Source of the DNA: Selenomonadaceae bacterium
GTDB lineage: Bacteria > Bacillota > Negativicutes > Selenomonadales > Selenomonadaceae
NCBI GenBank assembly: GCA_017477125.1
Contig: JAFUXN010000014.1
Span: 1,872-65,871 of the forward strand
Direction: 5' to 3'
Length of the DNA: 64,000 bases
A model generated the notes under the pieces. The model did no database searches, had not been told where the DNA came from, and saw only the letters and a list, made by a program, of their open reading frames with translations. This document shows, piece after piece, positions 46,086-54,143 of the stretch (the first letter of the stretch is position 1; each line of letters starts with the position of its first letter). The position numbers and the translations under genes were made by a program.

Positions 46086-47858
46086 TTATCTGCCGACGAC
46101 GCCGGTCCCGTTGACCAACCGATCAAGCATCTCGTCCATCGTCGACAACATTCTCGAGCAGGCACTGAAGCCCTTTTGGAAGCGGATCATATTGGTCAAT
46201 TCCTCATTCCAATCGACGCCCTGTTCGGAGTCGCGCCAGTTATTGATCTGGGTCAGGACGGTGTCCTGCGTTTCGAGCCGAACATCAATTGTTTCCGATT
46301 CGACGCCCAGCCGAGACATCGACGAGTTATAAAAATTATTGAGGGAGTAATCGCGAATGGCGCGGGTGCGTTGCTTGGTACCGTCGAGATTTTTTTGAGT
46401 ATAGAGATCGCTGATGCGGAGCCCGACTTCGGAGTTCACGGTGATCCCTAACAGCGAGACATATTTATCTATGTCCTCTGTCTTGACCATGCCGGTATGC
46501 TCTGAGCCCGAGGTGTTAAACAGATCGCTGATCAAAACGGCGTTGCGACCGTCGGCAGTATCGTCGTCGGAGGTCTGTTTGGTGGCGACCAATCTTGCGC
46601 CGTCCGCCTCATAAAATCTTGCATTGACCTGCATCGCCTCAATGATCTCGCAACCCGACAGCCTGTTGCCCACGCCGTCCTCGATCGGATATCCCGCTTT
46701 GGTCGAAAACTCGCCATCGGAATTGCAAGCGCGATATTTGCCGGAGCCGTCGGGATATTCTCTGTACATCAGAACGTATTCGTGTTCGAACTCGTCTCGA
46801 TAGAAGGCGTACATCGTGCCGTCGGTGCCGTAGAAATTTATTCCGGTGTAATCCTCGGCGCCCGATTCCGCATTGCTCTTAATCAAACCGTAGCCGGCTT
46901 TGTGCTGTTCGTTGAAGGTTGTGAGCATGAACGCCGACATGCTGACAATGTCGTCGATATAAGATTTATTGATCTTAATCGCCTCCAAATCACCGCCGAG
47001 GCTGCCGGTTTTGGGGGCGTAAACAATATCGCTCTGGTCAACGTGAATCGTGTAATCGGTGACGCCGTAATCGACGCCGTACTCCTTGCTCGCCACACCG
47101 TTTGACAGCGATAACGTCAACTTCGCCACGCCATTGACGAGCGTGATGCCTTCGCTGTTGATGGTGAACTTGCCGTCGGGCTGTTCGGTTATGACGACCT
47201 CCATGTATTTCGACAGCTCATCAACGAGAACATCACGCTGATCTCGAAGGTCATTGGCATTTGAGCCGACCACTTCTCGAGCGGCAATCTGCCTGTTGAC
47301 GTTGATGATCTTATCGGTGAGCTCATTGACCTGTCCAAGACGAATGTCCAGCTGATCGTAAGTGGCATCGATCTGATTTTGAAGTTGTGCGGTTGCGTAT
47401 TTGAACACGTCGGTCAAAACTTTGCCCTGCTCGACGACCGCAACTCGATTGGCGGTGGTACTGGCGTTCGCCGACAAGTCGACCCACGACTGATAGAATT
47501 GCATCATCGCGTTCTGAATGCCGGTGCCTCCGCTGTCATCGAAGACCGCCTCGATCTTGTCATAATTGAGCTGAATCGCCTCGAGATATCCTTCGGAGGC
47601 GGTTTCTTGACGGAATTGCTTATCGGCGTAAATATTGCGGGCGCGCGTGATGGACATCGCATCGACACCGGTACCTACCTCGACAAAGCCGAGCGCCGAA
47701 GTCTGTTGAATACTCATCGTCGGCGCCAATTGCACTCTCTGACGCGAATAGCCTTCCGTGCCTGCGTTTACGATGTTGTGACCGGTCGTATCCTGCATCA
47801 ACTGATGCGCGAAGATGCCGCGCACCATCGTGTTGAGACCGGCGAATGTTGATCTCAT
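46086..47858 (-). CDS. flgK: Flagellar hook-associated protein 1 FlgK
   Basis: MRSTFAGLNTMVRGIFAHQLMQDTTGHNIVNAGTEGYSRQRV and the C-terminal MIRFQKGFSACSRMLSTMDEMLD. Confidence 0.85.
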   Translation of the reverse strand: MRSTFAGLNTMVRGIFAHQLMQDTTGHNIVNAGTEGYSRQRVQLAPTMSIQQTSALGFVEVGTGVDAMSITRARNIYADKQFRQETASEGYLEAIQLNYDKIEAVFDDSGGTGIQNAMMQFYQSWVDLSANASTTANRVAVVEQGKVLTDVFKYATAQLQNQIDATYDQLDIRLGQVNELTDKIINVNRQIAAREVVGSNANDLRDQRDVLVDELSKYMEVVITEQPDGKFTINSEGITLVNGVAKLTLSLSNGVASKEYGVDYGVTDYTIHVDQSDIVYAPKTGSLGGDLEAIKINKSYIDDIVSMSAFMLTTFNEQHKAGYGLIKSNAESGAEDYTGINFYGTDGTMYAFYRDEFEHEYVLMYREYPDGSGKYRACNSDGEFSTKAGYPIEDGVGNRLSGCEIIEAMQVNARFYEADGARLVATKQTSDDDTADGRNAVLISDLFNTSGSEHTGMVKTEDIDKYVSLLGITVNSEVGLRISDLYTQKNLDGTKQRTRAIRDYSLNNFYNSSMSRLGVESETIDVRLETQDTVLTQINNWRDSEQGVDWNEELTNMIRFQKGFSACSRMLSTMDEMLDRLVNGTGVVGR

Positions 47859-47876
47859 CTTGTGATCACTTCCCTA

Positions 47877-48344
47877 TCAAATGTTCGCGTCGAAGATTCT
47901 GCGCTCGGAGCGAGCAACGGGAGCGGCTCCGCCTCGACCGTACGTCGGACCGACGGCTGCCGCGGACATCACATTTATGTTGAAGTCGATAAACTTCTTG
48001 GAATTGACAAGGAGAGTGCTGACCTTGACGAGCTGCTTTTGAACATTCATCTGCAGATTGCCGACCTGCTTGATCAAGCCGACGGCAACGTTGCGCTCGA
48101 TCGAGGCGGGTTGCAGCTCGAGAAATGCATTGATACTTTCGAGCGACTCCGCGCGGAGGAACTCATTGAGTTTGGCGTCGGTCTTGGCGAGTTCGGGCAT
48201 GACGGCTTCAATGGACTGAACGGTATCGGTGACGCCGGAGCCGGAACTTGATTCTTTGAGATCGGACGCAAGCCCGTCGAGCAGTTCACTCAATCGACGT
48301 AAGAGGATCAACTGCTCGCGCAAATTCTTTATAACTCTATCCAT
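47877..48344 (-). CDS. flgN: FlgN-like flagellar chaperone (copy 2)
   Basis: 155-aa helical protein directly upstream of flgK with an FlgN-like C-terminus (...VGPTYGRGG). The call is from position plus pattern. Confidence 0.55.
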   Translation of the reverse strand: MDRVIKNLREQLILLRRLSELLDGLASDLKESSSGSGVTDTVQSIEAVMPELAKTDAKLNEFLRAESLESINAFLELQPASIERNVAVGLIKQVGNLQMNVQKQLVKVSTLLVNSKKFIDFNINVMSAAAVGPTYGRGGAAPVARSERRIFDANI

Positions 48345-48347
48345 ATA

Positions 48348-48845
48348 TTATGCCTTGTAATCAAAGTTCTTCCTGTGGGTGACAACATTGCCGCCCTTCT
48401 TCGAATATGATTGCTCAACCGTCGCGCCGCCCAATCGGTTCAGTTGAAAGTTCACCGCATCGAGCGCGCCCTGCGCCAGTATCTGATTGTTGTCCCTCAA
48501 TCGCACCGTCTCATCAACCTTATCCGACAGCTCCTTGTGCAGTGCTCTCAATTGATCTTCAATCTGTCGACTCGGTGCCAGCGTGATGAACTCCTCCATC
48601 TTGGTTTCCGCCGTGATCATCGGATTCTGTTTCGCCATCTCCGCCAAGATCGCCCCGCGCGATTTCTCAAGCCGCTCGATCTTCGCGATGATCAATTGCT
48701 CCTCATCGAGGATTTTCTCAAGGCTCTTCATGTCGACGGTGACCAACGCCGCATGCTTCCTCTCGCCGATCGACACCGCCGCGCCGTACGCCGTCGTGAG
48801 CTTTCGGAACACTTCCGTCAGTTCATTCCACATCGCTTCGTCCAT
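48348..48845 (-). CDS. FlgN-like flagellar chaperone (copy 1)
   Basis: 165-aa helical protein directly downstream of flgM. LEKILDEEQLIIAKIERLEKSR and ...EQSYSKKGG are FlgN-like. Confidence 0.5.
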   Translation of the reverse strand: MDEAMWNELTEVFRKLTTAYGAAVSIGERKHAALVTVDMKSLEKILDEEQLIIAKIERLEKSRGAILAEMAKQNPMITAETKMEEFITLAPSRQIEDQLRALHKELSDKVDETVRLRDNNQILAQGALDAVNFQLNRLGGATVEQSYSKKGGNVVTHRKNFDYKA

Positions 48846-48848
48846 CGC

Positions 48849-49124
48849 TCACCTCAACGCGTACAAGATGCTGTCCGCTATATCGTCCGACGACGCATAA
48901 TAGCTGCCGTTCGCGAGCATCGCGCTGTACTCGTCGACCTTGTCTTGACGCACTTCGCTCATCTGACGCATCTTCTTGAGCGCATCGCTGAACGTCAACG
49001 CCTCCGCCGACAGCGCCATCTCATCTTTGAAACTGCGCACCGCCGACGCTCGAGACGTTCTCGGTTTGGTCGTACTCGTCTGATAGAGACTCGACATCGA
49101 GCCAACGTTGCTGTTTATAAGCAT
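48849..49124 (-). CDS. flgM: Anti-sigma-28 factor FlgM
   Basis: 91 aa. The C-terminal VRQDKVDEYSAMLANGSYYASSDDIADSIL matches the FlgM sigma-28-binding helices. Confidence 0.75.
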   Translation of the reverse strand: MLINSNVGSMSSLYQTSTTKPRTSRASAVRSFKDEMALSAEALTFSDALKKMRQMSEVRQDKVDEYSAMLANGSYYASSDDIADSILYALR

Positions 49125-49192
49125 CGCTAATCACCACCTGAAATTCTTTCTGCATTCCCTGCATCGTTTGACATCCTTGCCGGTCTAACTTG

Positions 49193-49219
49193 TTATCGTA
49201 ATATGCCGCGGCTTTCTTA
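49193..49219 (-). promoter_or_regulatory. Sigma-28 (SigD/FliA)-type promoter upstream of flgM
   Basis: The minus strand reads TAAG, 15-nt spacer, TACGATAA. The consensus is TAAA-N15-GCCGATAA. It lies about 70 nt upstream of the flgM ATG. Confidence 0.55.
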
Positions 49220-49236
49220 ACCCGGCGGTCGAAGGC

Positions 49237-49263
49237 AAAAAAAAATACCTCCGACGCGGGAGG
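49237..49263 (-). terminator. Terminator downstream of tRNA-Pro
   Basis: The minus strand reads CCTCCCGCGTCGGAGG followed by TA and a T9 run. Confidence 0.5.
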
Positions 49264-49339
49264 CTCGAGTCATTTCGTTATATATTAGCACCATTGATTG
49301 TTGGCACGTCCGGGATCGACGCGCCTAATGTTCTTATGA

Positions 49340-49416
<77 letters not shown>

Positions 49417-49441
49417 ATCGCGACCCACATCTCGATCGCGA

Positions 49442-51538
49442 TTAAAGTCTAGCACATTCCTTTTCGGATTGCAACACTTTTTTTGCGCCGATGATCCGCG
49501 GGGCAAATCCCATGACTTTCGACTTGTCTGCGCGGTACATCTCGCTAGTGTTCACATCAAAATCCTCAACCTTCAGCTCGAGCAACTGCTCCCGAGTGAG
49601 ATCGCCGCCCTGCTTGAACAGACGCTGATCCTGTTTCATCATCGCCTGCTCCAGCAAGTTGCGCACAAATCTCCCGTTCCCGAAATTCTTATGCTTGCTC
49701 GCCTGAACAAATATCTTCCTGCACTCGTCAAACACCTCATCGCTCGCGGTGTACTTCTTGTTCTTGATCATCAGCTTGAGAATGTCAACGAGCTCGTCGG
49801 CGCCGTAGTCGGGGAAGTTCAGGTGAAACGCGATGCGGCTCCTCAAACCCTCGTTGCGATCGAGAAATTCCTTCATGCGATCGGTGTAACCCGCAAAGAT
49901 TACGATCACTTGATTGCGTTTGTTCTCCATCTCCTGCACGATTGTATTGATCGCCTCGTCGCCGTACAACCCATGCTCATCATCAACCAACGAATACGCC
50001 TCATCAATAAACAACACTCCGCCGCGCGCCTGACGGAATTTCTTCTGCACGATCTTCGCCGTCCAGCCGACATACTCACCAACCAGATCGCCGCGCCCGC
50101 ACTCGACAAATCGTCCCGTCCGAAGCACGCCCTCTTTGTTGAGTATATCCGTCAACAGCCGCGCGACCGTCGTCTTGGCGCTGCCGGGATTCCCCATGAA
50201 ACACATGTGCCGCGTCATCGTCTGACGCTTGAGCCCCATGTCCAACCGCAATTTCATCATCTTATGCGACGCCAGTATCTGCTCAATCAGTTCCTTCTGC
50301 TCCTTGAGCCCGACCATCTCTTGCAGTGTCCTGTAAGCCGACGGCTTTTGAGCATCACTGCTCTCGACCGCCGAGATCGCCTCGATATCCTTGTACGCCA
50401 GATAAATCTTGTTTTTGAGACTGCCGCTGTAAAGTTTATCGTGAACCTTGTAGATGTCCGAGGCGCGGAAACTTTCTTTGTCGCCGAGCGCCTGCTCCAA
50501 TTCCTCATCACTGTAGAAATTCATGTCCGATTTCTGCTCGAGCTCTTTGAGGTATTTGAAGGCTTGGGCGCGATCGCCGGCTCCCTCTTGCAACTCAATG
50601 ATCGTCATGTCGTCCTGCAACGTGCTGATCAATTTCGGTGCAAAGCCGGGATTTTCCGCCGACTCAATGAAAATGCATTGGGTATTGCGTTGATACTTGC
50701 GAACCATATCGGCAATGAACTCTACCACCGCCTCATATGAGCTCGCATAATTGGTACTCTCGCCGTTGGCTCCCTGCAACTCAATCAACACCGTACTGCC
50801 CTCGGCTTGGCGCATCAGATTTTCAAAATCCTCCTCGCCGTAGCAGTTGGGCGTGATGTCGTAAGCGCGAACTATCCGACTGCCGACCAGCCTCTTGTTG
50901 ACATACAGCGCATTGACCAACAGCTTCGCCATCTCCATCGCGGAGCTGTGCGAACCCGCCATGATCTTGTAATGCACCGGCATGCCGTAGAACTTTTTGC
51001 GGTCGTTCCGATCGGAATAAATTCTTTTGAGTTCGTCTAACAAAGTCTGATCCGGCATGAGCTTCTGCGCATGCTGAACCGCTTGATTGAAGGTCATTCG
51101 CGTGGTCTTTCCAATCGTCTCCGAGACGCTGAAGGAATTATTCCCGTCATAATCAAGATTCAGTTCGTTGATCACCCGATACGTGTTCACCAGGTCGGAG
51201 TTTTCTCCTCTCGAGAGCAACTGCCGAAAGTTATCGACGGTGATCTCGCGAAGATCGCTCACTTTGATGCCGCGGATCGAGTACAGATCTTCGAGGACTT
51301 CTTTCAAGATTTTTTCGAGCTTGGCGGTGGAGGGTTTTTGCAGCTCGCTGACGGCGCAGACCATCCCGAACGTGCCGGGCGCTGCCTGGTAAATGAAGAA
51401 TTTCAACGGCTCACCGAGTCGATTCATGCCGAGTATGTTGTTGAACATCTCGACGTTCTCCATGAATTGCTTCTTGGTCTTGCGAATTTCCGGTGCCTGT
51501 TTGTCATCGTAAGTCATCTTGAGATCGTAAAGCAGCAT
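49442..51538 (-). CDS. AAA+ ATPase, SpoVK/CbbX-type, with an N-terminal extension of about 400 aa
   Basis: C-terminal module with Walker A GNPGSAKTT, Walker B VLFIDEAY and RIAFHLNFPDY. The N-terminal 400 aa match no family I recognise. Confidence 0.8.
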   Translation of the reverse strand: MLLYDLKMTYDDKQAPEIRKTKKQFMENVEMFNNILGMNRLGEPLKFFIYQAAPGTFGMVCAVSELQKPSTAKLEKILKEVLEDLYSIRGIKVSDLREITVDNFRQLLSRGENSDLVNTYRVINELNLDYDGNNSFSVSETIGKTTRMTFNQAVQHAQKLMPDQTLLDELKRIYSDRNDRKKFYGMPVHYKIMAGSHSSAMEMAKLLVNALYVNKRLVGSRIVRAYDITPNCYGEEDFENLMRQAEGSTVLIELQGANGESTNYASSYEAVVEFIADMVRKYQRNTQCIFIESAENPGFAPKLISTLQDDMTIIELQEGAGDRAQAFKYLKELEQKSDMNFYSDEELEQALGDKESFRASDIYKVHDKLYSGSLKNKIYLAYKDIEAISAVESSDAQKPSAYRTLQEMVGLKEQKELIEQILASHKMMKLRLDMGLKRQTMTRHMCFMGNPGSAKTTVARLLTDILNKEGVLRTGRFVECGRGDLVGEYVGWTAKIVQKKFRQARGGVLFIDEAYSLVDDEHGLYGDEAINTIVQEMENKRNQVIVIFAGYTDRMKEFLDRNEGLRSRIAFHLNFPDYGADELVDILKLMIKNKKYTASDEVFDECRKIFVQASKHKNFGNGRFVRNLLEQAMMKQDQRLFKQGGDLTREQLLELKVEDFDVNTSEMYRADKSKVMGFAPRIIGAKKVLQSEKECARL

Positions 51539-51749
51539 GAAACTGTTCCCTCCAATTTCTCAATTCAAAAATACTGACGAACGACGCCCGCCGCTCCCGC
51601 CGATCGACACATCTTCATGCCATCGAATGCTCGCGGTCGAGCCGACAACCATTAAATTTGTCAAAGAGCACGGCGGTCGCCGCCGCATGCCTGTAATGTT
51701 TTATCGACAGATCGCGGTGAAAACTTTAGCGCGGCAGGCAAAATATTTC

Positions 51750-51778
51750 TTGATACCGCCGTCGACCGATCATATAAT
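51750..51778 (+). promoter_or_regulatory. Sigma-A-type promoter
   Basis: TTGATA (51750-51755), 17-nt spacer, TATAAT (51773-51778), upstream of the ATG at 51811. Confidence 0.5.
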
Positions 51779-51810
51779 CTTGAACATCAAATCGATTGGA
51801 GGAGACATTT

Positions 51811-52677
51811 ATGTTGAAAGCCGAAATGTTTGGGGCGGACGCCGACGGTCGATGCCCGATGGAAAATGTTTTGAAGGTGCTCGAGAAGGCGATTGCCTCC
51901 GACGAGCCGACAATGATCAGTCTCGACGACATCAAAGATATATTTGAGGGCGAGAGTGAGGCTTACATATTGAGCGGCGAGGCTGAAGGTGAGAAGGCGA
52001 TTGCCGATGCGATTGATGCGGCGATCGTTTCGCCGTCGGCAACCAAAATTTTGTCGAAGGCGCGGAGCATTTTGTTGAACATCGACGCGGGAGGAGACAT
52101 CTTGTCGATGATGGCGGTGAGCGATGCGGCGACGACGATCGCCGAGTCGTCTCATCCCGATGCGGAGATTTTGTGGAACGTGACGGTCGATGAGGAGCTT
52201 GGCGATCGAGTGAAGGCATTGCTGATCGTCTCGCGATTTGGTGAGCCGACGCCGAACGTTGAGGAGCCGATTGAAGAATTTGTTGCCGACGGAGAGGAAT
52301 CGGCGTTGAAAGTGATCCACACCGATCGAGCGCCGGCGGCTGTCGGTCCCTACAGTCAAGCGATCGAGGTCAACGGTTTGGTATTTTGCTCGGGGCAGAT
52401 TGCCATCGATCCGACGGTCGGAAAGATCGTCGTGACGGATATCGCGGGGCAAGCGGAGCAGTGCTGTCGGAATGTGGAGGCGGTGCTTGCGGAGGCGGGC
52501 GTTGAGATCAAGAACGTGGTGAAGACGACGTGCTTCCTGGCGGAGATCGCCGACTTCAAAGCGTTCAATGAGGTTTATGCGAGACACTTTGTCGGCAAAC
52601 CCGCGCGGAGTTGCGTGGCGGTGAAGGACTTGCCTGCGGGAGCGCTCTGCGAAATCGAAGTTATTGCCGTCAAGTGA
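51811..52677 (+). CDS. ridA: Fusion protein: FtsZ C-terminal-domain-like module + RidA (YjgF/L-PSP) deaminase
   Basis: The C-terminal 125 aa (TDRAPAAVGPYSQAIEVNGLVFCSGQIAIDP...ARSCVAVKDLPAGALCEIEVIA) are canonical RidA. The N-terminal roughly 150 aa align by eye with the FtsZ C-terminal domain (see findings). GGAGGAG RBS. Confidence 0.8.
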   Translation: MLKAEMFGADADGRCPMENVLKVLEKAIASDEPTMISLDDIKDIFEGESEAYILSGEAEGEKAIADAIDAAIVSPSATKILSKARSILLNIDAGGDILSMMAVSDAATTIAESSHPDAEILWNVTVDEELGDRVKALLIVSRFGEPTPNVEEPIEEFVADGEESALKVIHTDRAPAAVGPYSQAIEVNGLVFCSGQIAIDPTVGKIVVTDIAGQAEQCCRNVEAVLAEAGVEIKNVVKTTCFLAEIADFKAFNEVYARHFVGKPARSCVAVKDLPAGALCEIEVIAVK

Positions 52678-52720
52678 CAGATGAGAGAGGCGCGGAACAT
52701 CGATAAAGGAGGCGATTAAA

Positions 52721-53335
52721 ATGATTTTGAGCGTCTTGTTGTCGGCGGTGCTGGCGATGGTCGGCTCGTGGTGGATCGATCGGCTCTACTCCGTCAAGGA
52801 CGCGCCGTTGAGTTTCCCCAATCGTATCGTCGAGCGGAGCCGATTTCGAGTGCCGCTGTTGGCATTCGGCTTGGCGGCGTGCATGACATTCATCGTCGAG
52901 CGCCCGACCGTCGAGGCGATCTACTTGACGGCGGCATCGTTCTTCCTGCTGTCGATCACCGCCACCGATTTCGAGCAGTACGTCATATTCGATCGAATGA
53001 CGTTGCCGTTCGCGGTCGTGGGGCTCGTCTCAACGATCCATCTGCACCTGCCCATTATAGATCACCTGATCGCGGCGGCGGCAGGGGGCGCAGTATTTTT
53101 GTTGCTCGCCCTCTTGACCAAGGGCGCGCTCGGCGGAGGCGACATCAAATTGATCGCGGCGTTGGGGCTGTGGGTCGGCACCGATCGCTTGATTGATATC
53201 GTCGTCTACGGATCGATCTTCGGGGGAATCGCCGCGCTCATCATGTTGGCGACAAAAAAAATGAACCGCAAGAGCGTTTTCGCCTACGGTCCATATTTTA
53301 CACTCGCCGCGTTGTTCTTCATGCTCAAAGGCTGA
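52721..53335 (+). CDS. Prepilin peptidase (A24 family), no methyltransferase domain
   Basis: Polytopic membrane protein with ITATDFEQYVIFD and GGGDIKLIAALGLW, which contain the two catalytic Asp motifs. Confidence 0.75.
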   Translation: MILSVLLSAVLAMVGSWWIDRLYSVKDAPLSFPNRIVERSRFRVPLLAFGLAACMTFIVERPTVEAIYLTAASFFLLSITATDFEQYVIFDRMTLPFAVVGLVSTIHLHLPIIDHLIAAAAGGAVFLLLALLTKGALGGGDIKLIAALGLWVGTDRLIDIVVYGSIFGGIAALIMLATKKMNRKSVFAYGPYFTLAALFFMLKG

Positions 53336-53350
53336 GTGTCGAATGTCGGC

Positions 53351-54143
53351 TCAACCCCAATAGCCGAGGTTGATGTCGGGAGCCGCAGCTTTGTTGGGCT
53401 GATCGATCGCAGTCGGGAAAAATCTCCGCGACTTGACGAATTTATAATCTGCTCGACGCAGATAGGTGCCCTCGATTAAGGAAGGAAGAATCGCTCCGCC
53501 TCGCACGATGTAAGAACCGTAATTGTTGGCATGCACGTGCACGAGCTGATGCGTGGCGTTGAGCTTGTCGGTCATGAAAGCGACGTTGTTTTCGGTTGCC
53601 GGATTCGTCAAGTCGTGGAACTCGAGCACGATCTGCTTGAACCGATTGAGAGTGTCGTCATCGATCGTCTGAAAAACGCTGTACTCGGCGCCCTCTATGT
53701 CCATCTTGAGGATCATATTCCGATCGTCGGCGTGACCGTTCTTTTGGATCAAACGCGGCAGAGTCTCGAGCTCCGGATGATTGGGATCGTAGAAACCGGT
53801 CAGCCCCGTCTTTGACCAATGGAACTTCTCATGCTGAACGGGTATTCCATCGATCGTGTGATCGTACATGAAGATATCCACCCCCCCCCCTCATGTGATT
53901 GAACAACGAGACGTCCCACGAGACATCGTTGCTGATGCCGGCGCTGTACGCGTTCTTCACTCCGCTGAAGTCGTCGAGCATGACGTAGCCGCCATCATGA
54001 GCCCTCCCCAATCGAATGTACCTCGGATTGGGTACGTCGAGATCGCGAACGACGAAGTGCGAACGGATTCGTTTCGTGTACTCAATCTCCAAATGATTTC
54101 TCAGCATGTCCTCAGTGTTTTTGTCCATGTTAATCCTCCTCAC
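53351..54143 (-). pseudogene. FkbM-type methyltransferase interrupted by a frameshift at a C10/G10 homopolymer
   Basis: ORFs 53829..54143 and 53351..53881 are two halves of one protein (...ISNDVSWDVSLFNHMRGGGG / DIFMYDHTIDGIP...ILKMDIEGAEYSVF...). They join at the run of 10 C at 53881-53890. A 9-nt or 12-nt run would restore one frame. Confidence 0.65.

Noticed and set aside
49264-49339. Possible second RNA gene between tRNA-Pro and its terminator
   Set aside because: There is only a short imperfect hairpin (GGCGCGTC...GACGTGCC), with no cloverleaf or conserved motif. It is most simply a tRNA trailer.
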